Below are positions 12,530 to 25,260 of a stretch of 64,000 bases of DNA, piece after piece. The first letter of the stretch is position 1. Every line of letters begins with the position of its first letter. Origin of the DNA: Lama glama (taxonomy: Eukaryota); contig CM052816.1 in NCBI GenBank assembly GCA_028534125.1, positions 31,622,001-31,686,000 on the forward strand. The letters run 5' to 3'. The notes under the pieces are model-generated. The model saw nothing but the letters and a program-made list of their open reading frames with translations, was not told the DNA's origin and did not search any database. The position numbers and the translations under genes were made by a program.

Positions 12530-13520
12530 GTGACAGTTCGCTGCCCGGGAGAATGACGCGCCCCTCCCTGCTCCTCCTCTCCGGGGCTCTGAGCACCCAC
12601 CGGGGGAGCCCGGGCGCGCGGGGGGCCTGGCCGGGTTCGCGCCGCCCACTGGTGGCTGCTCGGGGTCCACCTTCGGGGAGCCCAGCTCCCACTAGCTGGT
12701 CCCTGCTTCAGCACCGACCTTGCTGAACACTGAACCTGATCGCAGGATGCCCTGCCAGGACTGGGAACTCCCTCCTCCAGTCCTTGGCTGGCAGGAACAA
12801 GCCCAGACGGCGGGGGCCCGGAATGCTCAGGGTATTGCCGACCTTGAGGCTACCGAGGGGGAGTGCTTGCGCCAAAAATAACACACGCGCGCGCAGACAC
12901 ACACACACAGCTCTTGATAGTTCCCTCCCAAGGAAAGTAACTGTCCAGTAAGCAGCACGCGCGGAGATAACCCTACACTGAAATATGACAGCCAACACCA
13001 TTCCCAAGACCAAATTTGGGATGATTTTAATCTAAAGGCATGGATTTCAGCCGCTCGGTTTTTTTTTTTCTTTTCTTTTCTTTCTTTTTTTTTTTTTAAA
13101 GTCATGGAACAAATTCCCTCTCTCGTGTATTTTCAGGCCGAATTACAAGTGTTAACCAGAGCTTGAGGGGAAAGAGAGGGAGGGAGAGGAATCCCAGACT
13201 GTGGTTTTCCCAGTACAGGATCAGAAGCGTATCTGCATTTCCCTTTGCAGCGTATTCGCCATCACACCCTACCCGCTGCAGCCCGGAGCTGCCCGGCATC
13301 GCGGCGGTTAACGCCGCCCGCCCGCCGCCGCCGCCACCGCCGCCGCGCAGGCTTCCCCGGCCGTGAGCGCGCAGCTGCGGCGCCGGAGGGATGGGGAGGG
13401 GAGGGAGGGGAGAGCCCGGGATCTCCTGCCCGCTCCCCCTCCGGAGGGCGCTTCCCGCCCCGCTCTATTTATAGCTCTACTCCAGCTGCTGCAGGGAACT
13501 CACCAGCCGCGCTGAGCGTT
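12530..13520. promoter_or_regulatory. Second CpG island / promoter with MEF2-TATA element
   Basis: CpG-dense at 12540-12960 and 13250-13520, with a (CCG)n-like tract at 13312-13347. CTATTTATAG (13465-13474) is a perfect MEF2 consensus and reads TATAAATA on the minus strand; a GC-box/E2F-like CTTCCCGCCCC is adjacent. Confidence 0.75.
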
Positions 13521-14659
13521 GAGAGCTGGGAGAGCCTTCCAGAGACAGGGGGTTTTCATGCATTCTGTGAATGGCAGAAATATCTCTAGCCTTCGGGATT
13601 TTGATTGCTTCTGTGCAGTCTGTCTTTCATTTGTTACATTTCCAAGTTAAAAAAAAAAAGAGAGAGAGAGAGAGTAAGAGAGTCAAGAGGATTTGAGACA
13701 GGTGAACTGCAGACAGGTGGTGTGTCATGCTGGGGACCTTTTGTTATCAGGTGCCAAGTTTTAAAAAAATCCTCCATGGATTCACTGTCTTCAGGCTCAT
13801 TTCATATTTTCTGCAACACTCAACCTGTTTGGGTTTTTGTCTGTCAGTCTCACACACGGTCAAAACAGGTTGAAGGGACTCTAAGAGCAATGAAGGATCA
13901 CATCCTCTGTCATCCAATTGCGGGCTTACTGAGGGTCTCAGGGCTGTCTGTCAGCATGATACACACATCTAGATAGTCTCTGTATCAAATCCTACACTGA
14001 CCCTTCACAAAAAAAAACAGGGTAGTTATGGTGTCACATATGGGTTCCTGGCCCCAGTGGATACTGGTGATACGGGAGAAACCATGTGTGCTCCTATTCT
14101 TACCCTCATCATACAGAAGGCTCCCAAGCTCCTTCATTCAAATACTCCTTCCTGAAACAGTTCCTGAGCCCCTGTGCTGTGTAAAGCCCCTGAGAACCCC
14201 TAGGTGCTTCAAAGGCACACGGAACAGCATCTGACCTCAGAACTCAGCCCTGAAGGAGGGCTCTGTTTATGAGACGTGGAAGGATGCCTGGACCTCATCA
14301 AAGGGCACTCGTGCAGGTCAGAAGTGGGGGTGCTAAGCCCACCAGCCCTACCCCTCTTCTTCCCTGTCATCCACCTTCCAGTCTCTGTGTTTTCCTTTTA
14401 GAGCTGATCCTAATACAGTAAGACGTTATTATTTACTTAACTGTACTCAATCAGAATGATCCTGGAACAGGGCTTCTAATTAATTTAACTTTCCAGTCAT
14501 CTGCGGACTAAGTGGAAACCCCTTTTGATTCAAATTCCCTGCTGTTGAAACATTTTTTCCTGTGTTCACTTTCCTGCCCTAGAACAGAGAGGGTCCTGAA
14601 TATATTATTTCTGGGATGAGTCAGGATCCAGGAGTCAATCAGGGAAATACAAGAGAAGG

Positions 14660-14882
14660 CCTTAGAGCACCATGTGCTGAGTTCGTCCTGGCTGTTTATA
14701 CGATCTTATTGAATTTACTTTACCTGTTTGTGCTTCAATTCCTTATCTGTAAAATATGAGTAAGAGTAATAGTAAACATTTCATAGGGTTCTTGTGAGAT
14801 TCAATGTGATCACCTACTGAAGTTGCTTAGTTGAGTGCCTGGCCAGTGGTAAAGCTCAACAGACACGAACTATTATTATTAC
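14660..14882. mobile_element. MIR SINE
   Basis: TTCAATTCCTTATCTGTAAAAT...CATAGGGTTCTTGTGAGATT...AGTGCCTGGC...GTAAAGCTCAA. Confidence 0.7.
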
Positions 14883-15963
14883 TGCACAAATATGAGCTAG
14901 AGTTGATTTGGTTGAATTTGTACAAAGAAGCATTTAAATAAAACCTATTTTATCTATGTAAGTCCACAATGTAAGTAGGGTTTCCTTTTCATTGTACTAA
15001 AGCAGATCCCTGAGGGCGTTCCATGTATACAGGAGGCTCCTGGTCACTAACCCTACACTGTCTTCTTCCAGGGAAAGAAGACATCCCCTCAAAAGGCCTT
15101 TAAAAAGTCCTGCTGCTAATCTATATAAGATACACTTTGACACCCGGGGTAAAGAATCGCCGGCTTAGAGTGGTTCATTGCTGTCCTGGGGATCGTACTT
15201 AGAGATATGAAAGTTTTTTAAACATAAAAACACTCTGTGAAGTTTTCCAAGGGAGTACTAAGGGAAAGTATTTCTATTTAGCTAAAAACTCAAAGATCAA
15301 CACAAGTTTGTACAGTTTCTTTTTCCCCCTCCTAAAAAATTAGGCTCTAGAAGGTAGTAACTGGGTTCTGTAAAGTGTATGCCTCTGACAGAAAGGATTA
15401 GTTATCCACCCCAATTTCACTCTCCCTTTCAAAAGAAGAGGACCCCTGATTTTTAGACATGCAGCCAGATGCGCTCTGCATGTTCTGGCCAATGAGCTGT
15501 AAAATAAAGCGGCAGATGGAAGCTTCCAAGAAACCTCCCCCAAGATACCTGGCGGTGGTGGTTTCGTACTGTTTTCTCTATGGTCCGGGGCCAGGATGAG
15601 GCACAGGAGAAATCCGCACAAGGTTTGGAAGGCAGAAGTGAAGCGGCGGCCATGTTTACCCTGGGAAGGTCAGTGTAAAGTCAGGTGTCTTTGCAGCCTG
15701 TGCAGCTCCTCGCAGATCTGCTGGCTCATCTTGTCAGCATGACATAGCAGCTGGGTCTGCCACAGCTCCTGCTGGATCCTACTGCTTCTCCAGCTCCTGG
15801 ACAAAGCGTGCTAGCTTCATAACAAAGGGTGCCAGCTTTTCCTCCACGTCACCAGCCTCGTCAGAGTTGGAGGTTTGGAGGTGGTTAGAGATGAGGGCAA
15901 GTTCCACTTCGTCTTTCATCCTCATGGGTTCCAGGGCATCCTTGTTCTCTCTCACCTCAGGTC

Positions 15964-16325
15964 TGTGTCAGTCAGGGCTCTGCCAGACAAACAGAACCAG
16001 CAGATGATATAAATTAAGAGAAATATTGCAAGGAATGGGTTTACACCAAGACTTGGCTATACAAGTTCAAAGTCTGTAAGGTGGATCATCAGGAAGGGCA
16101 GGCTGGACCTCTCAAGTAGTCCAAAAGTGAAATTTCTTCTTCTGGGAAGCCTCAGTTCTACCTTTCAACTGATAGAATCAGGCCCACTTAGATTATCAAG
16201 GATAATTTTTCTGACTTAAAGTAAACTGATTACAGAGTTTAGTCACATCTATAGAATACCTTCACAGCAGTTGACTGGATGACTGGGGGATGATAGCCTA
16301 GCCAAGCTGACATATGAAACTGACT
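15964..16325. mobile_element. MLT2-type (ERV-L) LTR
   Basis: TGTGTCAGTCAGGGCTCTGCCAGACAAACAGAACCAG...TCAGGCCCAC...AATACCTTCACAGCA...GCCTAGCCAAGCTGACA. Confidence 0.7.
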
Positions 16326-16462
16326 GAAAATGTCCATCTTTCTTTCTAAATGGCCTGTCCTGCTATCTTCCAGGACCACACAGAGAACCGACACAGAACA
16401 TAAACAGTTGAACCCATGCCCACGGTTTGGAAGATCTAGTCCCTAAAATAAATCCCTTATTC

Positions 16463-16643
16463 TTTTTTTCTCCCATCTCATTGTGGTTCCTTCTTTATAG
16501 TTATGGAAGATCTTTAGTTATGGAAGATCTTTTCTGGTATGTTCCAGTCTTTTTTATCGAAGGCTTTTCTGCAGTGAGTTGTGATTTTGGTGTGCTCCTG
16601 AGAGGAGGTAAGCTCTCGCTCCTTCTACTCCACCATCTTGGCC
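16463..16643 (-). mobile_element. Isolated L1 5'-end fragment followed by an A-rich tract
   Basis: Minus strand GGCCAAGATGGTGGAGTAGAAGG...GAGCTTACCTCCTCTC...CACACCAAAATCACAACT is homologous to the L1 start at ~57670-57830 in this window. Internal 17-bp tandem duplication at 16498-16531. Confidence 0.65.
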
Positions 16644-17479
16644 AGCAGCCTCCCCTACTTCACTCTTCCTGGACTTACTTTTCTGATCACACATGGCTGA
16701 TATTGACATAGTGGGACTCACACTTCACTGCTTTCTTCCCTTTCCACTATCCTGTCATCTAGAATACAGAGATGACATCCAAGACAAGCCACCTTGGATA
16801 TGAGGACACGGGCCACACTCCAGGGATGGTGGAATGATGAGCTGCAAGAACTGAATCATGAAATAGCAGAGCTACCTCACCACCCCTAAGCAGCCTGTCT
16901 CTGCATTTCTTTTCCAAGAGAGAGAAATCAATTTCTGTTTTACTGAAGCCACTGCTGTGTTGCTATCTACCGTTGCTTTCACCAAACCCACTTCTGACTG
17001 ATGTAATCCTCTGTCTCCTACATAGAAATACACTGTAAGTAAGCATCAATTGGAAGACTCAAGAGTTGGAGCATCATGTATTGGGGTATCTGGGGGCAGG
17101 GGGGATCTCTAAACTATTTTATTTTCTTTTCAACTAATTTTCAAGGGAAATCTGTTAAGGTAATCTTACATCTGACAAAGGCAGTCACTCGCTCTGAAGA
17201 CTTAAGCCAAGTTCCTTTCATTTTCTGAGCCTCAACTGTCACATCTATAAAATGAGAAGTTTGGACCAGATTAGTCTACAGTATCTTTAGAGATCTCAAG
17301 TGTATGATATCAACTGAGAACACAGGGAGTACCAGGGAGAAGGGGTGCTTACCAGGACAGGAATAAATTTTGTCAGAAAGGCAGGGTGAACTACTGCAAA
17401 ATTTTATCCATCAGGTAGGAAATTTTGTTTCCAGAAAACCTATGCAAAGTGTTTTACATGAATTATCCACACCACCATG

Positions 17480-17643
17480 CCTTCCTTATAATGTACAATA
17501 CAGGTTGTACAAGGATGGGACTCTGCCTGTTTTGATCACTGATACATCCTAGAACGGCACCCCAGCACAACGTAGGCTCTCAGTGAATGCGTGCTGAACG
17601 AATGAATGAATGCATGAATGAATGAATGAATGCATGAATGAAT
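17480..17643. mobile_element. L2 3' end with (TGAA)n tail
   Basis: GTAGGCTCTCAGTGAATG followed by TGAA repeats. Confidence 0.7.
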
Positions 17644-18139
17644 GGCACAGGTGTTATATCCATGTTTGGTATGAAAGACAACTTCAGATTTACTGAGGAA
17701 ACCAGAGCACAGTTTAGTGAATCAAGTCCTGCCAACACCCAGATGCATAAACTCTGTCTCATTAAACATCATTTTACTTTGACCTCAGAGAAACTGACTC
17801 ATGAATGGGATTTCCCCATCTGCGTGGTACCCCAGAAAGATGTTAAAGAAAACACCAAGAAAATGTCACTTTTGGGGGGCGTTCCTGACTCACTGACTCC
17901 TGATATTGCCATAGGTGTACACAGTGCCTGACACTGGAGACACTGAACCATTTAGCAGATGACTCTGTTACAATCCATGAGAGTGGGCATATTTAGTACT
18001 ATACCCACTAACTTCTTTTTATTTCCCTCTGAGCTCACGGAGGAAAGCCACCATGCTCCATCCTCCATTATTTATCTTCCTGCCATTTTGTTCTTGATCC
18101 CTACCTTTATGCCCACACTGAACCTAGAGAGAAGTAATA

Positions 18140-18340
18140 TTTATAGCTTATGTTTATTTAAAGTTACTACACGCCAAGTGCAGGTCTAAGTGCTTTACGT
18201 GTATTGGATCATTAAATCCTCATAATATCCCAATTGGATAATTACTATAACTATCCCCATTTTATAGGTAAGTAAACTGAGTTACAGATAAGTTGCCCAA
18301 GGGGCCATGATTAGTAAATAGCAGAGCCAATGCACCAGAC
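18140..18340. mobile_element. MIR SINE
   Basis: CTAAGTGCTTTAC...AATCCTCATAA...TATCCCCATTTTATAGGTAAGTAAACTGAG...TTGCCCAAGG. Confidence 0.7.
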
Positions 18341-18735
18341 TACGGTGTTACATTCATGTCATTCAGAGAAACCAGCTGTAGCAGCCCAGCATCTTGAACT
18401 GGTTCCAGTGCTCACCACTGGCTGCAGCTCAGGCAACCTGCCTGTCTTGAAGACTAGAATAGAAGAAGAAAGCTGCTTGTCTCCTCGTCTTCCTGGCACT
18501 CCACCACTGAGGAGCCAACGTGGAAAAATATCCAAATGAGTTCTTACACTCTTGTCATGGTTTTAACAACCATCTTTTTGTTGTCAACTCCCAAATTTAT
18601 CCACAGCCCATACTTGTTTCCTGAAATCCAGGCTTGTATATCTGATCAACAACTAGGCAATATCTCTGCAGTTTCAGGCACAACAGATCTAAAATTTACC
18701 TTATATTCTTGACTCTTCATGCTCACTGTTCTCAC

Positions 18736-19237
18736 TGTGAATGAAAAATAGTGCCTGCCCTATCAGTAAACAAAGGATGCTGTGGCCATCAAGTCATCAG
18801 CCACTACCACCACCCGGACAGCCAGAGGGAACTCAGGATGTAGACCAGCAGGCAGCCGGGCCTCTGCTGCCACCTGCAAGGTGCCCCCTGAGGGGACTCA
18901 GGATGTGGAAGAACAGGACACCGGTCCTAGTTAGCGTAAGTGCCTATCAAAGGAATGATTTCAACGAGCCCAAACTTTTGCACCTCCTCATACAAAGAAG
19001 AGAACTAAATTCCTTAACTTGAGATATCTAGTTTTCTTTTTAATTAACAGTAATCTTTTCTTGTTCTGACTATGTGGCCTTCGACAAAAACTCCTGTATA
19101 TCCTGGCTCCACTCCTACCTCTTCAGAGCAGTCCCTCAGAGCGATCTCAGAGGCTGCATCCAGGCTCAAGTCCTCAGAAATGTCCGCCAAATAAAACTAA
19201 CTCTCAACTGTTAGGCTGTGCATTTTTTTAGCCGACA
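18736..19237 (+). mobile_element. Solo LTR (ERV1-like) inserted in an L2
   Basis: TG...CA termini (TGTGAATGAAAAA / TTTTTAGCCGACA), AATAAA near 19189, ~500 bp, L2 sequence on both sides. Confidence 0.7.
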
Positions 19238-20759
19238 TTGCCCACCACATGCAAACACACAGCACTAAGTGTTACTTATTTTACCTCCTTGATAGCTCTT
19301 GAATCCATCTGCTCTTTTCCCCACTGTAATTAGTTGGGTCCAAGCCACCATCCAATTTTTTCTTAGACAACAGCAGTAACTTTCTCACTGGTCTCCCTGC
19401 TCCCACTCTTGCCTCAGGAATAAACCATTCTTCATTTAGCAGCCAAATTTTTTTCTTGTCACTCTCTTCCATTTTTACTAAGAAAAAAAAATCCTTCATA
19501 CAGCCTACAGCCCCTGCCTGGTCTGGCTGTGTTCTAAATCTCTAGTTTCAACTCACACCAACTGCCTTCTTCCCCTTCAAAAGTATTGAGCTTTCTTTAG
19601 CTCCTTCTAAAAAGATTTTTGTTTATTTGTTTGTTTGTTGCCCTTTGGTCTCTGAGCATTTCTCCCCCAATTTTTCCTCTGAAATGCTTTCTTTTCAACA
19701 TCTGCAACAGCTTGACCTTGAAAAATCCTGCAGCGTCAATCACTTCCTCCAGAAAGCCTTCCCTGATTCCATGTCACTGGAATGACACATTCATATGTCG
19801 CTGGTAAACAGGGAATAACCGTGTACTATTGAAATCACATTGGTTCATATATGATTTTTTCTTTCTAGCATATTAAAGTTTTACACCAATAATAGCAGTT
19901 GAAAACCAGCTTCACTAATACAGCAAAACACAGCAAGCCACAGAGGAATACGACTCTGAACATGAAACCTATTCAATCACATTCTTCTTGGATTGAGTTT
20001 AGCAAAGTGTTCTATCTTGGAAGGACTTACTGCATGATTCCCTCAAACTATGTACATTTTTCTCTTGGCTCCGTGATTCAGGAGCCTCAGCTCTTCCTTA
20101 TGCCAACTCCATCAAGACAACTTACCTTTTAACTTTTTAAAGCAAAGATCTATATGTATTAGAGAGTTTTTAATGCCTTTTAACTGTGCAAGAATTTGTA
20201 TTAAGATTGTGATTGCTTTTGTTGGTGCCCTAGTTACAGAGCTGCCTAGGTTTTGAGTGATTGAGAGGAAGTGATGACTTTTAATGTCTAATCTTATGTT
20301 CTTAATGTAGAAAATACTTGAGGATACCAACACCCAGATCTTCTCTAATTCTGAGTACAAAACAAGATCACACTTCTCTACCTCCTTGACAATGGGAAGC
20401 TTGCCAACTCTCACCCTGAAGCCATGTGTGGGGTCTCCCTCAGCCTGAGTCCCTGAGCAACAAGGACAAACAGAGCTGCCAGCAGACTCACTGTAGATGA
20501 GTAACTGGAAGTGAGGCATAAAGATTTGCTGCTCTGTGCCCCTGAGACTGTTCACAGACTAACATGATTAATTCATAATTTGGTATGAGGTGCAGGATGC
20601 TGCCAAAACAAAACCTTAAAATATGTGGGGTTGGCTTAAGTAACCATTCTGTGGGTAATGGTGAATGATCACGGAAGTTTAAAAATAGTGTCCATGTTAC
20701 ACAAGGTGAAAAAAAAACACTGTTGCCTGCAGAAACATGGGGTTAATTATGCACCTACG

Positions 20760-21490
20760 AACAAGCAGCAATGAAAGACTGGTGACGAGGAAATCTGGAG
20801 AAGAGTTATGTGAATAAATCTCTGAAGGGGAAAAAAATGTGAAGATATTTGTATCCCGTATGAATGTTCACCAAAGGGTGATTTCAGCAGAGGTAGACTT
20901 TAATAATTAAGTGGAAAAATGACCTGTTCTGTGGATACTAATGAGCCTTTTTTTCCCAGTCACCCCTGCGATCACCCAATGGGCGCATGAACAGAGTGGC
21001 CATGGTAGCAAAGACAGAGGTTGTGGGCTCAGCAACATAGACTTCCACCCACCAAGGCTGATCAGGCTATGGTCGCCACTAGTGCCAGATCTGCCAGTAG
21101 CAAAGAACAATGCTGAGTCTCCAGGATGGCACCATCGCCCACAGTGATCAGCCAATTATCTGGTGGCAGGTTGATTACACTGGGTCACCTCCATCATGGA
21201 TGGGACAACATTTTGTTCTTACCAGAAGAGACACTTACTCCTGGATATGGATTTGTCTCCCCTACATGCAGTGCTTCTGCCAAAAGTACCATCCATGGAC
21301 TTAAAGAATGCCTTATCCACTGTCATGGTATTTCACACACTTCTGCTTCTGGTCAGGGAACTCACTTTACAGCAAATGAAGTGAGGCAGTGGACTTGTAG
21401 AATTCACAGCTATGACCACGTTCCCAACCATCCTGAAGCAGCAGGCTTGATAGAAAGGGGGAATGGCCTTTTGAAGACTTACTGATGGTG
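20760..21490 (+). mobile_element. ERV-L pol remnant (RNase H end and integrase core), frameshifted
   Basis: Translations WWQVDYTG, GYGF, STIHGLKECLIHCHGI, ASGQGTHFTA and PEAAGLIERGNGLLK are the ERV-L integrase DDE region; second Asp appears mutated. Confidence 0.85.
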
Positions 21491-21499
21491 CCAAGCTAA

Positions 21500-23205
21500 G
21501 TGGTAAGGAACTTGGCCAAATGGTGTTCTATGCTTTGTGGAAAGTGGATGTTAAAAATGATGAACTAAAAACGGTTAGCTAAGAAGATTTCTAAGCCAAG
21601 TGTTGAAGGTGCAGGCTGGCTTGTCCAAACTGTTGATAGTATAATGTGAGAGGAGAGAGAGGAATTGAAGTAATTTCTAAGCAAAAAGCAACCAAAACTT
21701 GAAGATTTGGAAAATTCTCAGCCAAAGGGACATACTGCCAAAAATGAGAGAGTTCCAGGGAGAAAGTGAGTTCAAGGGCATGGTTGGAAAATCATTTGAT
21801 AAAGAGATCATGGGTGTGACTCATGGGTGTAATCAGGCATCACAGCAGGAGCCAAGAACAGAGATGAGATTATACCAGCAGGGACACTATCAGTAGGAAG
21901 TAAAGGGGATGGAGGTAGGATGAAATGAAGGAAGACAGAATTCTGGGATTCTACAGGATGGGACAATAGAGCTATCTGGCTGCTGACATGCATTATTGTT
22001 CAAGAAAAGAAAAGAATGATCAAGGATGATTCAGAAATCAACAGGGCTGCCCCTGCCATCACAGACCTGGGGGACAGGGCCACTTTCACCTTGGCTCCAT
22101 AGGCAAGGCTGTCTCCTCATTTCCTCTGGGCCAGGCTGCAACCATTGGATGCCTCAGGTGCCAGGCTCTCACTCAGAGCCTTCGAGGACTGTGCTGTCAT
22201 CCGGAGTCATGCCCCAGTGGACCTAGAGAGCAGTGAGGATGCAATCAAAGAGGATTATTTTTGAGCTTTAAGATCTAATGGAAGAGGGGAGGGTATAGCT
22301 CAGCGGTAGAGCACATGCCTAGCATGCGTGAGGTCCTGGGTTCAATCCCTAGTAATTCCATTAAAAATAAACACATAAAAAAAACCTAATTACCCCCAAC
22401 AAAAAATTATATTAATTAACAGAATTGGACTGCTTATTTACACTAAAACTAGTGTATTAAAAAAAAAGATCTAATGAAAAAAAAAATCTAATGTAATTTC
22501 CTTTCCCAGGTTTTGGACTTGCTTGGGGCCCATCACCCCTTTCTGTCTCTTCAGTTTCTCCCTTTTGAAGTGGGGCTATCTGAACTAGGCCTGTCCCACC
22601 AGTCTATTTTAGAAGCACATAACTTGTCTGGCTTCACATGTTCACAGCTGGAGAGGAATTTTGCCTCAGAAGGAACTGTAACTCGAATCTCGCCTATACC
22701 TGATTTGGATGAAATTTAGATGAGACTTTGGACTTAAGAGCTTATATTAGAATAAATTAAGAATTTGGGGGCTGTTGGATGATATGAATGTTCTTGCATG
22801 TGAAAACGACATGAATTTTGGGGGCCAAAAAGTAGAAGACTTACACATGCCCCATACCCCCCACCAATTCCATGCGGAAGCCTTAATACCCAGTGTGACT
22901 ATATTTTGACATAGGGCTTTTAAAGAGGTAATCAAGTTAAAAAGTGGTTATAAGAGTGAGGTTGTAATCCAATATTACTAGTGTCCTTGTAAGAAGAAGG
23001 AGACACCAGGGACCAAAGCAGAGAGAGAAGGCCCTGGGAAGACATAGCCAAAAGTCAGCTGTCTGCCAGCCAAGGAGAGAGGTCTCAGAAGTCAGTCCTG
23101 CCAGCACTTTATCTTGGACTTCCAGCCTCCATAACTGTGAGGAAATTAATTTCTTTTACTTAAGCCATCCATTCTGTGGTATTTTGTTATGGCAGCCCCA
23201 GGCTG
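21500..23205 (+). mobile_element. MaLR internal sequence plus MLT1-type LTR
   Basis: AAGGAACTTGGC...GATTTCTAAGC...TGAATTTTGGGGGCC, then LTR motifs AAAGAGGTAATCAAG, CTTGGACTTCCAGCCTCCATAACTGTGAG and TGTGGTATTTTGTTATGGCAGCCC. Confidence 0.7.
22284..22466 (+). mobile_element. tRNA-derived SINE, camelid vic-1 type
   Basis: GGGGAGGGTATAGCTCAGCGGTAGAGC (A box), GGGTTCAATCCC (B box), A-rich tail, TSD AAGATCTAATG at 22270 and 22466. Confidence 0.8.
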
Positions 23206-23389
23206 TATTTGACAAAGTAAAATAAAAAAGAGTTGAGCTCATAAAAGAATTGGCTGGTTTTCAAGTAAAAGTGGAACAGAGAACACAAAATGTTCAGGGT
23301 CTTGCAGAGTTAAATGGTAATTTTTTCTTTAGTTTGAAGAATAAAAGGTAAGCTTGAGTATGCCTCTAAGAGACAAATGACCATAATTT

Positions 23390-25260
23390 TGAAAATTAAC
23401 TTTAATTACAATGAAATTCATATATTTTAAGTTATACAGTTTGATGAGTTTGGCAACTATACACAGCCAATCAAAATATAGAGTATTTTCATCTCCCCAA
23501 AGGGTTTCCTTAATGTCCTTCCCAGTCTCGCTCTACTCCTGGACTCAATCAGCAACTGATCTGGCTTTTATCACCATAGATTAGATGCATCTTCCTTAAA
23601 ATATCATATAACAAAATTACACATTACGTACTACTTTGTGTCTGGCTTCTTACACCCAGCATATTTTAAAAATGTGTCCATGTGTATCAGAAAGTTATAT
23701 TGTTTTTTGCTAAGTAGTATGCCACTGTATGGACTACTGCCATTTGTGTATCCATTCATATAAGGATGAAAATTTGGATTGTATGCAGTGTTTGTCTATA
23801 ATAAATAAAGCTTCTTTGAGCAATCATATACAAGTCTTTGTGTACACATATGTTTATCCCCTTTGAGTAACTATCTAGACATAGAATCTCTGGGTCATAT
23901 GATATGTACATGTTTATCCTGATAAGAAAACGCCATTTTTTCAATATGGTTGTATTATTATGCCTTCCCACCAGAAACATATGACAATTTCAATTGTTTC
24001 ACATCCTCACCAACATTTGGGGTTGTCAGCCTTAATTTTAGCTATTCAAGTAAATGTGTAGTGGTATCTCATTGTGAATTTAATTTGCATTTCTCTGATG
24101 ACTAATGATGTTGAGCATTGTTTTATGTGCTTACTGACTATGTATATATATTCTTCTGTGAAGGGTCTGTTCAAATCTTTGGTTCTTATTATATTGGGCT
24201 GTTTTTCTTCTTATTATGAGTTGTAAGAGTTCTTTATGCATTTAGAATATATAAATAACTCTTACATGTATTTTATGCATTTGGACATTTTTATTCAATC
24301 TGTGGTCTCTATATTCAGTTTCTTAATGATATCTTTCAAAGAGTGGCTGTTTTCATAATAATAAACTCCAATGTATCAATGATTTTTATGGTTAGTGCTT
24401 TTGGTATTTATTTTTTTAAAAATTTGCTTATCCCAAGGTCATAAAGATTTTTACCTATTTATTTTTCTAGAAGATTTATAGCTTTAGCATTGATGTTTAG
24501 TTGAGCTATCCATTTCAAGTTAATTTTTGTGTATGGTATGAGGTAAACATCAAAATTCATTTTTTTCCTTATAGATATAATAAAGCCAGCACAGTTTGTT
24601 TCAAAGACTGCATTTTCTCTACTGATTTAACTGGCTACTGGCTGATTTTTCTCCTAATTATGGTTCTCACTTTCTTGATTTTTTATACCTAATTTTTTTT
24701 TTTGGTATTCTGGATATCATGAAGTTTATATTGTTGAGAGTCTTGATTTTTGTTGCCTTCTTGTCAGGAATTTGGGCTTTGTCCTGATGGACAATTAAGT
24801 TACTTGCTGTTTAGTTTGATCCTTTTAAGTTTTCTTTTTAAGCTCTGTTAGGGTCATGAACAGATTGTTATTCAGCTAATGAAGCTAAGGAACTCATAGT
24901 TAGATTTCTAGAGCCCTTTTCTGTGACATTTTTTCCTCTCTGGAACTCTTTTCCACAATTTCTAATCACCTCAGACTCCCTGAACATTTACCTCTGCCTT
25001 CTCAACTTGTGGAGACAACTGCAGTTCTGTTTGGCATCCTCTTCCTGCTTCGCTGGTCCAAATGTGCCTCTCGGAAGAAAATCTGGCCAGCCCAGAACAC
25101 TATACACTTGCTTCCTGTTTCTCAGTCCTGTGCTACCTTATATCTAATGTGTGCAAACAGATGTTTCATATATTTTCCCAGCTATTTAGTTGTAGAAAGT
25201 AAGAAATTAAACTGACTCCATGTTTCTCCAACACAGCCAGAAGTGGGAGTCATGACACAG
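23390..25260 (-). mobile_element. Old L1M fragments (ORF2 3' part and 3' UTR)
   Basis: GTAGTGGTATCTCATTGTG...TTAATTTGCATTTCTCTGATGACTAATGATGTTGAGCA, GGGTCTGTTCAAATCTTT, TTATCCCAAGGTCATAAAGATT. Confidence 0.75.

Noticed and set aside
12707..12727. REST/RE1-like TTCAGCACC
   Set aside because: Only the left half-site; the GGACAG half is missing.
12107..13976. Cluster of overlapping ORFs on both strands
   Set aside because: Explained by stop-codon scarcity in GC-rich sequence; no recognisable protein.
22286..22357. Apparent tRNA gene
   Set aside because: It is the tRNA-derived head of a SINE with an A-rich tail and TSD.
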